This document shows, in pieces, positions 1 through 11,954 of a stretch of DNA of 35,194 nucleotides. Origin of the DNA: Chiloscyllium plagiosum. Lineage: Eukaryota. Below the pieces are notes generated by a model. It was not told where the DNA came from, did no database searches, and saw only the letters and a list, made by a program, of their open reading frames with translations. Positions within the stretch are counted from its first letter, which is position 1. Each line of letters begins with the position of its first letter. The translations under genes were made by a program, and so were the position numbers. The stretch is taken from assembly GCF_004010195.1 (NCBI RefSeq), contig NC_057718.1:105005983-105041176 (forward strand). The letters run 5' to 3'.

Positions 1-718
1 CACACACAGAGACTCACACACACAGAGACTCACACACACAGAGACTCACACACACAGAGACTCACACACACAGAGACTCACACACACAGAGACTCACACA
101 CACAGAGACTCACACACACAGAGACTCACACACACAGAGACTCACACACACAGAGACTCACACACACAGAGACTCACACACACAGAGACTCACACACACA
201 GAGACTCACACACACAGAGACTCACACACACAGAGACTCACACACACAGAGACTCACACACACAGAGACTCACACACACACAGTGACTCACACACAGAGA
301 CTCTCACACACAGAGACTCACACACAGTGACTCACACACAGAGACTCTCACACACAGAGACTCACACACAGAGACTCACACACACAGAGACACTCACACA
401 CAGAGACTCACACACACAGAGACTCACACACACAGAGACTCACACACACACAGTGACTCACACACAGAGACTCTCACACACAGAGACTCACACACAGTGA
501 CTCACACACAGAGACTCTCACACACAGAGACTCACACACAGAGACTCTCACACACAGAGACTCGCACACACAGTGACTCACACACAGAGGCTCACACACA
601 CAGTGACTCACACACAGAGACTCACACACACAGAGACTCGCACACACAGTGACTCACACACAGAGACTCTCACACACAGAGACTCACACACAGAGACTCT
701 CACACACAGAGACTCACA
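1..718. repeat. CA-rich tandem repeat, main unit 16 bp (CACACACACAGAGACT) with variants
   Basis: Directly visible. Homogeneous to about 270, then variant units (CAGTGACT, GAGACTCT). Confidence 0.97.
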
Positions 719-1157
719 TGCAGGAATTCGAGGATTTGGAATCAGCGATATATTTCCAAGTCAGGAAGGTGTGTGGTTTGAAAGGGAACTTGCAGGGGAT
801 GGTGTTCCCATGTATCTGCTGCCCTTGTCCTTCTGGGTGAAGGTGGCTGTGGGTTTGGGAGGTGGCAGCATTGCTGTGAGTTGGAAACATTTTAAAAGGT
901 TTTGATGAAATCAACCCGCAATTTGAATTCCTCCTCAAGATGGAAACAGTTTCTGGGAAACAAAGTTAGTTGAAGGTTGCGGCGTTTTCTTGCAGTTAGT
1001 ATGTTTCTTGTTGAACATGTAGTTACCTGTTTGTAACTGTGTACGAATCCAGCTCCCTTGGTAGAGTTACCTTTCTCTGCTGAGTTCTGTCAGGAATTCC
1101 CTGCAGTTAGAAAGAATATCTTACTGAGTGGATCGGTGGGATCTGGTTTGTTTTCAG

Positions 1158-1265
1158 CGGTGGACAGAAACGGCGTGTATCCCTCGGAGCTGCCCTACTC
1201 CAGGAACCTCAGCTTCTCTTATTGGATGAGCCAACTGTTGGAGTGGATCCTGTTTTACGAGCTAG
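1158..1265 (+). CDS. abch1: ABCH-like ABC half-transporter, internal exon A (ABC signature, Walker B, D-loop)
   Basis: ttttcag| acceptor and |gtatt donor. 108 nt, phase 2/2. Translates (S)[35 protein letters not shown](R). Confidence 0.93.
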
Positions 1266-2999
1266 GTATTAATTTTAAAACGGATTATCGGGCCCGTTTC
1301 CAGGATTTCTCTTTATAAACCAAACTGTAGCCTTTTTGTCTCATATATATTTTGGGAAGAAAGTTAAATCGTTTGGAACAAATCATATTTCAAAACTGCT
1401 TGTAGCAAGTGGCTGGATTTGAACTCTTTCACTTTGAATCTAGATCACTCACACAGTGCATGAGACGCCCTTCTGCCCATCCACTCTGTCCTGCCAACTG
1501 AACAGAATGCTGCCTAACTCGTTCTGTAGTCTGACCTGGGGCTGAGCAGTATTTCTGTCTGGGCCCTAGATCTCAGCTCCTTTGGGAATGTGGATGGAGC
1601 CTGCAGTTGTAGTACCTGCTGATTGTGTGAGGGGATGGGGGGAGGCTGTAGGGCGTAAAGGCACCGACCAGTGTCAAGAAATCAGTGTAACTCGGGTCAG
1701 GATGATTCATTAGGGAATCAGGGAAAATGTTAGGCTGTTGGATGTTAGTCTGTACTTACTGAGGAATTAGCCGAGGAAGTTTCCATCTCACGTTTCCAGG
1801 TCAGTAGTACAGGAATGCCTCCAGTCTCTGGCTCTTAACTCATTGATAGAAACATTACCAATGGTCCTGAGGAGCAAGGGCATTACCCACTGGAAGCTCA
1901 GTCATCCCGGGAATTCTCACTGAGGTTACCATGCCAGGACTTGAACAGGCTCCCAACCTGAGATTTAGGTACACGCCCCTATCTCCAACAGTTTGGGGAC
2001 TGAAGATCTGGGGATTGGGGGAACACCTTTCCTGTGGCTGATGGTGGGGTGTAACACCTTGCAGTCATCAGGACTGGGACACAAGAAAACCAAAAACAAG
2101 GAAAGGGAATAATAAATTATACAGCAAGTGAAGAGGGGGCCGATTGGTTGGATGATGGTTGTCATGGAGCTGCAACAAAAACTGATAATTCCCAATCAGA
2201 ATTTAATTAGGGAGGTAGACTCTGATTGGTCAGGACATTTCTGTGGGGAATGCAACAGGGATTGGCTGTCTACATAACTCTTTCCTAAATCAAAATAATA
2301 CAACGTGTGGACAAATGCTGTTCACTGTGAGAACAACAGGGTCCAGTGTGTGAATAAACGTAACATCTAGTACATCCAAATTAATCACACTGTGAGCTTG
2401 GTTGATGATCTTAAATTGGTTTCCAATGTAACTATTAGCACAATCTGATTATTTGGTAAATGTTGTCCAATAGCAGAATCATATCTAATGTTGGACATAG
2501 TGTTGTGAGGTTTATAAGGATGGGCTGGCGGCGCTGAATGTGGTGGGCACAAGGTTTGCTGTGGGCAGTGACAGGAAGCTATTGTCTGTCAGTCATTGGA
2601 ATGTACAGCTACAGAGCTGACACCACTCCAACATTAACATCCATACACCACTGTACACATCTGTGTGGCCAGTAAAATGGTTTGATGTCAGAAACCTGCC
2701 GCTCTTGTATTTGCTGTGATGGAGCAGGGAAAGACAGGTAGTTTCAGCTGTTGCTCAGATTGCAGGTATGACGGGAGATTTGGACTTGGTGCAGGTTTGG
2801 CTACAGACCACTGTGTTTACTGTGACCTTCTCCCCCTGACTCTCATCCACAACTGGACATCTCTTATTCCCATATTCCATCCACCGGCCTTTGAAATTCA
2901 ACAACCAATTTCCCTCATTACAGCACAATGGCAGCCCTGAACACACCTTCTCCCCACATGCTCCCACCCCCATTTCAATTCCCTTCTATTCTCCCTTGA

Positions 3000-3400
3000 C
3001 AATCCTTCATACACCATGAGCATTCCTTCACCATCCCACAGATCCTTCCCATGCAACAGAGAAAATGCTATACCTGATCTTTCACCCCCTCCCTGTCCAC
3101 TGCTTAAGGACAGATCCCACTCACTCCCATGTGAAATAAGTATTTCATTGTCATTTCAGTTCTGTCCCAGGCCTGGTCTCCTCTCCACAGGGTGACAGGG
3201 TCACCTTACAGACCACCTCCACCCAGTCTTCAGCAATCTGTCACTGACAGTCTCCAGCTTGTTCCCACCCTGACCCCTCTGCCCTTGACATGCCACACTC
3301 TTCCACTGCACTCCAATGGAATCATGATTACAGTACCCCATTTTCCAACATGGCATTTCCCAGTCTTCCACATTCAATGTAGAGTTCAAGCATTTTAGAC
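3000..3400 (+). mobile_element. Degenerate Penelope-like element fragment (GIY-YIG endonuclease region)
   Basis: Resembles the reverse complement of 5650-6140 (ttcccatgcaac ... ttcaatgtagagttcaag). No intact ORF. Confidence 0.5.
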
Positions 3401-3812
3401 ACCCCCCCCCCCCCACCCTCTTAGTTTTCCTGTACACTCCCCATGATGAACACCTTTAGCCCTTGTACCTCTCCTACCTTTCAGCAATTGTGCCCCTTCC
3501 CTTTTATCGAGCTGGTCGAGCAGAGCCCAGAGAAACCTCAGTGAATCCTGCAGCTGCTCCACACTGTCCCCTCAGTAGGGAAAGGCCAGGTCAAACTGCT
3601 GCTCCTCAGCTCCCCTGCGTGATGGGACACAGTGTTGGCTAGGGCATGCTATTATCACACAAAATGGAAGGATATCCTCCCTTCTTGACCTGTACATGAT
3701 GAGTAACATACAAGTTAGGAGTAGGAATGGGCCATTCAATAAGATCATGGTTGGTTTAATCATAACCTCAAATCCACATTCCTACATGTCCCCAATAACC
3801 TTTCACCCCCTT

Positions 3813-3932
3813 GCTGAAGCTTTTGCCCGAAACGTTGACTCTCCTGCTCCTCAGATGTTGCCTGACCTGCTGTGCTTTTCCAGCACCACACTCTCTACTC
3901 TGATCTCCAGCATCTGCAGTCCTCACTTTTGC
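3813..3932 (+). mobile_element. Short Penelope-type terminal-repeat fragment (family A), hammerhead core 5'-truncated
   Basis: gcttttgcccgaaacgttga...cctgacctgctgtgcttttccagc, shared with the 5453, 14604, 21582 and 31174 copies. Confidence 0.7.
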
Positions 3933-4472
3933 CCAAAAACCTATCTGTCTCTATCTTTAAAATATTCTAGAAATCTGCTTCCAACCTCTTTTCAGGAAGA
4001 AAGTTCCAAAGACCCAAAACTTTTGGGAAGAAAAGGTTTCGCCTCATCTTAAACAGTGCCCCCTCGCTCTCCCAGAATGGGAAACATCTGCTGAATGTTC
4101 TCCTGTGAAGAGCCCTCGGGATTTTATGTTTTAGTCAGTCGCCCAGGCTTTCCTCAGAAGGTACTCTGCCCGTTCTGGGTGGCAGTCTGGTAAGGAGACC
4201 AGCACACAATATCCTGGACTCACAGGAACAGGAGGAGGCCATTCAGCCCCTCGAGCCTGTTCACCATTCTATAAGATCACGGCGGCTCTGTGACCCAACC
4301 CCCTCGACCTGCCTTTGGCCGAAATCCCTTAATACCTTTGCTTAACAAAGCTTTATCTGTCTCAGATTTAAAATTAACATCTGATCCAGCATTCACTGTG
4401 GTTCATGGAGGAGAGTTCCATACCCCTCCCACCCTCTGTGTGCACAAGGGCTTCCTAACATCTCTCCTGAAC

Positions 4473-4573
4473 TGAACTGAGCCACAACCACCTGATGAAG
4501 GAGCCTCGCTCCGAAAGCTAGTGCTTCCAAATAAACCTGTTGGACTGTAACCTGGTGTTGTGGGAGTTTTAAC
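4473..4573 (+). mobile_element. Short hammerhead-bearing insertion (family B) with 12-bp target-site duplication
   Basis: TCTCTCCTGAAC at 4461-4472 and 4574-4585. Contains the hammerhead motif followed by AATAAA. Confidence 0.85.
4489..4523 (+). ncRNA. Minimal type I hammerhead ribozyme motif (family B, intact core)
   Basis: CAC-CUGAUGA-A-GGAGC(cuc)GCUCC-GAAA-GC-UA-GUG. Stem I CAC/GUG, 5-bp stem II, palindromic AGCU stem III, CUA cleavage triplet. Confidence 0.75.
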
Positions 4574-5269
4574 TCTCTCCTGAACGGTCTGGATGTAATT
4601 CTCAGACTGTGCTCCTGGTTCTAGAATCTCCAACCTGTGGAACAAGTATATCTTTGTCTACCCTGTCTTTTCCTCTTCATATTCTGAAGACCAATGCCCT
4701 GTATAACTGAAACATAGCCTTGTGACTTTAGGATTCGATTCCCCTGGCAAGTAACAATAACATTCGATTAGTTTTCCTGGTTACCTGCTGTCCCCGCAGA
4801 CTAACCTGTTGTGATTCATACTCAGGGACACCTAGATCCTTCTGTATCTCAGCGCTCTGCAATCTCTCGCCATTTGGATAAAATGCTTTTTTTATTCTTT
4901 CTGCCAAATTGGGCAATTTCACATTTTGTCCATATTAAACACTAATTGCCACATCTTTGCCCAAACAAATAACCTATTTACAGCAGTTACATCTTTTTGT
5001 AGCCTTCGGTGTCCTCTTCACTTTCTTACACATTTTGGAAATTTGGAAACTATATTGTCAGACCCTTCATCCAAGTAAAGTGTCGAGCAACTAACACGGA
5101 TCCCTGTTGCACACCATTCGATACAGCTTGCTGACCTGAGAAAGAACCATTTATTCCGACCCTGTGCTTCCTGTCAGTCCTCTATCCACATCAATACCTC
5201 ACCCTGACACCCTGAGCTTCCCTTTTCTGCCGAGTCTTGTTCCATATCTGGGACCAAATTCCTGCCAAT

Positions 5270-6145
5270 GCTGGAATCTGTCCTGGAAACAACAAATGCT
5301 GGAGATCACAGCGGGTCAGACAGCATCCACGGAGAGAGAGCTGGTGAAGTGCGGAGGGAACGGCATTTATGCAATGGTGGAGGGGGTGCTGGTGGAGAAA
5401 AGATGTTGACAGTTTAGATTAAGTGACTGGAATGTGAGAATGGCAGAACAATTCCTGATGAAGGGTCTTTGCCCAAAACGTCGATGTTCCTGCCCCTTGG
5501 ATGCTGCCTGACCTGCTGTGCTTTTCCAGCACCACACTCTCGATGAGAACAATGGTGTGTCTAACTGCCAGACTGGAAAGGACAGACAGTCCCACTGGAG
5601 TGGGGGAGGGGAGAGAGGGCACGATGACAGAGAACGTAACAACTAAAGCTTGGTTCACAATTGGAAGTGGTAAACTCAGCGCTGTATTCAGTCCAGAAGG
5701 TTGTAAAGTGCCTAGTCTGAAGTTGAGATGTTGTTCCTCCAATTAGTGCTGTGATTCAGTGGAGCACTGCAGCATGCAGAGGACAGACATATGTGGCATG
5801 TGAGCAGGACACTGTGTGAAAATGACCTGCTGTGGAAAGGTCAGGGTCATGCTTACACACTGACTGAAGGTGTTAAACATAGCGGTCACCCAGTCTGCGT
5901 TTGGTTTCTCCAATGGAGAGTAGGTCACATTGGGTGCAGTAATTACAATACACAGCTGGGGGAGGTCAGGTGAAATGCTGCTTCCCTTGGAAAGACTCTT
6001 TAGGTCCTTGCGTGGTGAGCAGGGAGGAGGGGAAGGGGAGGTGTTGTACATTCTGCGGTTACATGGGAAGGTGCCATGGAGAGGGGGGTGGTGTTGGTGA
6101 TTGTGGAATGGACTAGGGTGTTCCAGAGGGAACAATCCCTGTGAA
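5270..6145 (-). mobile_element. Penelope-like retroelement 3' part (GIY-YIG endonuclease and terminal repeat), decayed
   Basis: Minus-strand peptides GTFPCNRRMYNT (CCHH-like linker) and EEQHLNFRLGTLQPSGLN (GIY-YIG C-terminus), frameshifted. Terminal-repeat-like sequence near 5270-5340. Confidence 0.75.
5453..5545 (+). mobile_element. Short hammerhead-type insertion (family A) with 8-bp target-site duplication; core GAAA mutated to AAAA
   Basis: AGAACAAT at 5445-5452 and 5546-5553. CTGATGA-A-GGGTCTTTGCCC-AAAA-CGTCG. Confidence 0.75.
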
Positions 6146-6147
6146 GC

Positions 6148-6383
6148 TATAGACAATAGACAATAGGTGCAGGAGTAGGCCATTCTGCCCTTCGAGCCTG
6201 CACCACCATTCAATATGATCATGGCTGATTATCCTTAATCAGTATCCTGTTCCTGCCTTATCTCCATAACCCTTGATTCCACTGTCCTTCAGAGCTCTAT
6301 CCAACTCTTTCTTAAATGAATCCAGAGACTGGGCCTCCACTGCCCTCTGGGGCAGAGCATTCCACACAGCCACCACTCTCTGG
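6148..6383 (-). mobile_element. CR1-type LINE 3' end, same family as 29295-30990
   Basis: Near-identical reverse complement of about 30750-30990, including the (CTATTGT)n tail. Confidence 0.9.
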
Positions 6384-6553
6384 TACAATTCCAACATTTT
6401 AGAGGCAGTTGGATGGGTATATGAACAGGAAGGGTTTAGAGAGAAATGGACCAGGTGCTGGCAGGTGGGACTAGATTGGGTTGGGATATCTGATCAGCAT
6501 GGACAGGTTGGACCGAAGGGTCTGTTTCCGTGCTGACCATCTCTATGACTCTA
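6384..6553 (+). mobile_element. CR1-type LINE 3' end, second family (as 8640-8825)
   Basis: Matches 8646-8825. Ends in a ctctatgactcta tail. Confidence 0.85.
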
Positions 6554-6559
6554 AATACA

Positions 6560-7490
6560 GACGGGGGGGTGAGAGGAAGATGTGGTTGGGGGTGGTGCTA
6601 TGCTGGAGTTGTCTGAAATGGTGGAGAATGATGCTTTGAATGTGGAGGCTGGTGGGATGGAAAGTGAGGACAAGGGGGAACCCAATCACGTTGTTGTGAT
6701 GAGATCAAAAATCACACGACACCAGGGTATAGTCCAACAGGTTTATTTGAAATCACAATCTTTCGGAGCACTGCCCCTTTGGAGCGAGGTTACAAAAGCT
6801 TGGCATTTCAAATAAACCTGTTGGAGTGTAACCTGGTGTCATGTGATTTTGACCCTGTCCATCCCAGTCCAACACCAGCACCTCCACATTAACGCTGGTG
6901 GGAGGGATGGGAAGGGGGAAGGGCTGGGATGACTGCACTCCAAGGTCTCTTTGTTCAGCAACACCTTACCATTAAGTGTGTGAGTCCTGCCCTGATCTGG
7001 TAGAGAATGAGTCTTTGAATGTGGCGGATGGTGGGATGGAAAGTGAGGACAAAGGGAACCTGATCACACTGTTGGGAGTGAGGGGAAGGGCAAGGGCAGA
7101 GGTATGGGTGATGGGTTGGATGTGGTTGAGGGCCCTGCCACCCACAGTGGGTGGGAAACCACGGTTATGGAAGAAGGAAGCCATGACAGCAGCGCGGTTT
7201 TGAAGGTGGAATCATCCAAACAGGTACAACGTAGGCAAAGGAAATGGAAGAATGGGATGGAGTCCTAGCAGGATGTGGGGGTGTGAGGAGCTGGAGTGAA
7301 CATCACTACAGAAGTCACTGGCTTTGAACTGGATGGCAGGGGACAGCTTATTCCCTGAAATGGAGACAGAGAGGTCAAGGTCAAGGTCAAAGGAAGGGAA
7401 ATGGACAATAGTTATAGAGGGGTGGAAATTGGAGGCAAAATGAATGAAGTTTTCAAGGTCCTGGTGGGAGCATGAAGCTGCATTCATCTC
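6560..7490 (-). mobile_element. Penelope-like reverse transcriptase C-terminal/thumb fragments, decayed and interrupted
   Basis: Minus-strand peptides AASCSHQDLENFIHFASNFHPS...DLSVSISG and MASFFHNRGFPPTV. The segment near 6620-6695 is similar to 7000-7075. Confidence 0.7.
6705..6890. mobile_element. Head-to-head inverted pair of family B terminal fragments
   Basis: 6705-6753 is the approximate reverse complement of 6805-6852. Confidence 0.8.
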
Positions 7491-7719
7491 TCATCTTTTC
7501 CAGTTCTCATGAAAGGCCAGGAACTCAACTCTCTTTCTCTACAAACAGTGACAAACCTGCTAATTATTTCCAGTGTCTTCAGTTTTTTTTTAATTTTAGG
7601 TTTCCAGCTTTGTGACCAATGATAAATTCCAGATTTATTCATTCAATTTAAATTCCACAAGATCCCACAGTGAGATTTGGATCTCTGAACCTGGATCATT
7701 AACCTTCATCTCTAGATTA

Positions 7720-8825
7720 AGAAAACAAATCTTAGCAGGATTTATACACTTAATGGTAAGGTCCTAAGGAGTGTTGCTGAACAAAGAGATCTTGGAGTGC
7801 AGGTTCATGGCTCCTTGAAAGTGGAGTCGCAGGTAGGTAGGATAGTGAAGGCAGTGTTTGGTATGCTTTCTTTTATTGGTCAGAGTATTGTGTACAGGGG
7901 NNNNNNNNNNNNNNNNNNNNNNNNNNNNNNNNNNNNNNNNNNNNNNNNNNNNNNNNNNNNNNNNNNNNNNNNNNNNNNNNNNNNNNNNNNNNNNNNNNNN
8001 NNNNNNNNNNNNNNNNNNNNNNNNNNNNNNNNNNNNNNNNNNNNNNNNNNNNNNNNNNNNNNNNNNNNNNNNNNNNNNNNNNNNNNNNNNNNNNNNNNNN
8101 NNNNNNNNNNNNNNNNNNNNNNNNNNNNNNNNNNNNNNNNNNNNNNNNNNNNNNNNNNNNNNNNNNNNNNNNNNNNNNNNNNNNNNNNNNNNNNNNNNNN
8201 NNNNNNNNNNNNNNNNNNNNNNNNNNNNNNNNNNNNNNNNNNNNNNNNNNNNNNNNNNNNNNNNNNNNNNNNNNNNNNNNNNNNNNNNNNNNNNNNNNNN
8301 NNNNNNNNNNNNNNNNNNNNNNNNNNNNNNNNNNNNNNNNNNNNNNNNNNNNNNNNNNNNNNNNNNNNNNNNNNNNNNNNNNNNNNNNNNNNNNNNNNNN
8401 NNNNNNNNNNNNNNNNNNNNNNNNNNNNNNNNNNNNNNNNNNNNNNNNNNNNNNNNNNNNNNNNNNNNNNNNNNNNNNNNNNNNNNNNNNNNNNNNNNNN
8501 NNNNNNNNNNNNNNNNNNNNNNNNNNAGAGGGGCATAGGTTTAGGGTGAGAGGGGGAAGGTATAAAAGAGACCTAAGGGGCAACTTTTTCACACAGAGAG
8601 TGGTGCATGTATGGAATGAGCTGCCAGAGGATGTGGTGGAGGCTGGTACAATTGCAACATTTAAGAGGCATTTGGATGGGTATATGAATAGGAAGGGTTT
8701 GGAGGGATATGGGCCGGGTGCTGGCAGGTGGGACTAGATTGGGTTGGGATATCTGGTCGGCATGGACGGGTTGGACCGAAGGGTCTGTTTCCATGCCGTA
8801 CATCTGTTGGACTCTATGATTCTAT
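7720..8825 (+). mobile_element. CR1-type LINE 3' portion (RT C-terminus and 3' UTR) spanning an assembly gap
   Basis: DLGVQVHGSLKVESQV... and RGNFFTQRVVHVWNELP peptides typical of CR1 ORF2. Short-repeat tail. Confidence 0.88.
7901..8526. other. Assembly gap (N run)
   Basis: Run of N. Confidence 1.
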
Positions 8826-9604
8826 TACTAGCCCAGTAATGCAACTACAACACTGACTTCATCCTGCACTTTTAAAATGTGGATTAGGTTGGAATATCTA
8901 TATTCAAATTCAGCTTTCTCTGAATTCTTTGTATGAAATTTGTCCCAGGACATTTTTTGACTTTCCAGTTCAAACCAGCCTCCCCTTCTCTGATGAACAG
9001 CCCAGTGCATCCTGATTTAATGAGCTATTTTAAGTCTCCTCCTCTATATTAATATTCCAAAGCATGTAGGTGTTGAATTGTGATCAACACTTCAGCACAA
9101 AGGACTAATAAATTAAACACGAGTTGTCACATAGGAGGGGGTGCCTATGAAAATAGCTGAGTCAACTCGGAAAGCCAGTGGTGAATCAGCGCCTGGCGAA
9201 ACACCGCCAACACTTCGACATAAACACAAATACAGCTAAAACATGCCGTCTATAATCAAACAGAACATTTTATGTTCCAGGGAAGATTAAGGGAGTTTAT
9301 TTTAAGCAGTGATGTTGCTGTGATCCACAATGCAATACTTAAAGAAGCAGATACTACACCAATGTTTAAAACAGAATTTGAGGAATACTTGAAAAGGAAG
9401 AATTCCAGGGTAAGGGCAGGGAGGGGTGGGACAGAACAGGTAGATCTCAAAATATCAGCACAGGCACACTGGGCCAAATGGCGTCTCTCTGAGATGACTG
9501 ACTCTGAAATTCACCTCAGTTCAGTCTGAACCTGAAGGGGAACATCGTCCACATCTGTCCATCCTTGAAAGATAATGGAGTGGAGCAGATAATCAGGTCC
9601 CAAT

Positions 9605-10165
9605 GGAGGGAGGGAGGGAGAGAGAGAGGGAGGGAGGGAGAGAGAGAGAGAGAGAGAGAGAGGGAGGAAGGGAGGGAGAGAGAGAGGGAGGGAGGGAGAG
9701 AGAGAGGGAGGGAGGGGGAGGGAGAGAGGGAGGGAGAGGGAGGGAGAGAGATGAGATCAGATCAANNNNNNNNNNNNNNNNNNNNNNNNNNNNNNNNNNN
9801 NNNNNNNNNNNNNNNNNNNNNNNNNNNNNNNNNNNNNNNNNNNNNNNNNNNNNNNNNNNNNNNNNNNNNNNNNNNNNNNNNNNNNNNNNNNNNNNNNNNN
9901 NNNNNNNNNNNNNNNNNNNNNNNNNNNNNNNNNNNNNNNNNNNNNNNNNNNNNNNNNNNNNNNNNNNNNNNNNNNNNNNNNNNNNNNNNNNNNNNNNNNN
10001 NNGGGAGAGAGAGAGGGAGGGAGAGGGAGGGAGGGAGAGAGAGAGAGGCAGGGAGGGAGAGAGAGAAGGAGGGAGGGGAAGAAGGAGGGAAGGAGGGAGA
10101 GTGGGAGAGAGGGAAGGAGGGAGAGAGGAATGGAGAGAGGGAGGCAGTGAAGGAGAGAGGGAGGG
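9605..10165. repeat. GA-rich polypurine low-complexity tract containing gap 9766-10002
   Basis: (GA)n/(GGGA)n visible on both sides of the N run. Confidence 0.95.
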
Positions 10166-10499
10166 ACGGTCTCTGCATGTCACTCCTTCGCTGCTGGCTG
10201 CAGAGGCCCATCCTTCTGAGAGTCTGAGCATCACCAATCCTGCTGCTGGGTTTGGTGTGGCCATGTACACTTATCCTGCACAGTCACTGCTCACCATCAC
10301 AGTGCACACCCACTCCGGGAATCTCTCTGTATCATTGGATCAGCTCTGATTCCTGTCCTGTTCCCAGGTCTCTGTGTGCTGAGGTTATCTCCTTTTACAG
10401 TAACCAGCATCCCAACGGGGAATGGACATCTAACATCTGTAACCAGGAAGTGAGATATCTGAGGTGACAAAGTGATCTCCTTTAAAACGTGAACATGAA

Positions 10500-10950
10500 A
10501 AACAGGGGCATAAAGAGGCCACTCAGCCCCTCAAGCCCATTCTGTCATTCAATGAGATCATGGCTGATCTTCTACTTCCTCAGTTTCCTGCCCTATCCTT
10601 GTACCTGTCGATGTTTTTCACCTGCAGAGATCTTCAGCGTACTCAATGAATGAATCTCCACAGCCATCTGGAGGAGAGAATTCCAAAGATCCATCACCCT
10701 CTGAGTGAAGCTGCTCCTCCTCATCCCACTCTTTAGTGGCCTGCCCCTGGTGTTAGACCGCTCCCCCATCCCCTCGAGGGGGAAACAGCCTCCCTGTGTC
10801 TACCCTATCGAGCCCTGGGAGAAGGTGATGGCCTCTCATTCTTCTAAACTCCACGAATAAACCTCTTGTCTATTCAGTCTTTCCTAATGGGTGATTCCCT
10901 CCATCCCAGGAATTAGATTGCTGAACCTTTGTTGTACTCTGTCAATGGCG
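10500..10950 (-). mobile_element. Old CR1/L2-type LINE 3' fragment
   Basis: Recurrent reverse-strand 3' motif (ggccactcagcccctcaagcc...cattcaatgagatcatggctgatc) and 'gaattccaaagat...accctctgagtgaag'. Confidence 0.6.
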
Positions 10951-11219
10951 AGAGCAAAGCCTATATGCAGTCCTCCAGCAATGACCGCACAGAGGCTTTG
11001 TATGTCTGGAGTAAGACACCAGACCCTCAGTATGAACTCAGAGGGGGCCCACATTAACGTCAAACTAGGAGCTTGGCATTTCTTACTGAAAATGTTGTCT
11101 CTTGATTGTTCAGTGACTCTTTGTCAAGTGTTACGAATTCTCACAAATTATAAATGAATTGATGTTGGCAGCTATTTTAAACTTGTCCTTTAGATGACAT
11201 TCTCCTTTTATATTTGGAG

Positions 11220-11313
11220 GATATGGCAACATCTGCTGGATGTGGTGAAGGATCGAAAGGTATCAGTGATCATAACAACTCATTACATCGAGGAAGCAAG
11301 CCAGGCTCATGTG
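11220..11313 (+). CDS. abch1: ABCH-like transporter, exon B (H-loop)
   Basis: Translates (R)IWQHLLDVVKDRKVSVIITTHYIEEASQAHV with the TTHY switch motif. Phase 2/0, donor |gtagga. The acceptor needed to keep frame is a rare GAG. Confidence 0.9.
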
Positions 11314-11954
11314 GTAGGACACCCTCTTCCTTCCTGTTTGATGATGTACTGATACCTCTGTCAATGTCTGAATGAACAAAAATGTCCAGGAGTGTTATTG
11401 AGTAAACTCATTCCATTGTGATTGTAGATTGCAAATAGCCAATGATTTTACATAGTGTCATCCCACTGAGCACCAGTAACTGTGAACACTCTCAGTAAAC
11501 ATTCACACCTGCAACCAATGTGTTGCAATTTGGTGCAGAAATTTCTAGAAATAATGGAATTGTGGGTTTCTGAACAAATCTCACTCACTCACTCCCTATT
11601 CTCGACAGTGCCCAAACGAAACCATGTTTCACATCCTCCTTTTCCCTGGAACTTCTCCAAATCTCTATCCCATTCCCAGGTTTCATTTGATTATTTGCCT
11701 TTTTGCCATAGACCTTGCAATTATTGAGGTTTCCTGGGGCACAGTCTCCAGGATTTGAATAATCGATTCTTCAAAGGAGGTGAGAGGTTTCCTCAGAGCA
11801 GGAGGCCTTTCCCTACCTTGAGATGTAAGAGACAGAACCTTCCATCGGTTTCTGAGGCTCATTTCTCCAGGAGCAGATCATTGTCAGGGCCACAAGAGGC
11901 ATCGCTCCTTATCAAGCTGGGCCCAGTCAGGAACCTCCCACAGAGGGAGACTGG

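Larger units (their letters stand above)
3715..5240 (-). mobile_element. Old CR1/L2-type LINE 3' fragments (at least two), interrupted by short hammerhead-type inserts
   Basis: Reverse-strand 3'-end motif 'aggaggccattcagcccctcgagcctg...ccattc.ataagatca', recurring elsewhere in the window. Confidence 0.6.

Noticed and set aside
573..905. His/Thr-rich ORF
   Set aside because: Translation of the CA-rich tandem repeat running into a repeat fragment.
1058..1318. 86-aa ORF overlapping exon A
   Set aside because: Wrong frame. The ABC motifs are in the frame starting at 1159, bounded by splice sites.
7797..10349. Long ORFs of 150-250 aa
   Set aside because: Open only because they cross N gaps or the GA tract. 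Flanking peptides are CR1 remnants or low complexity.
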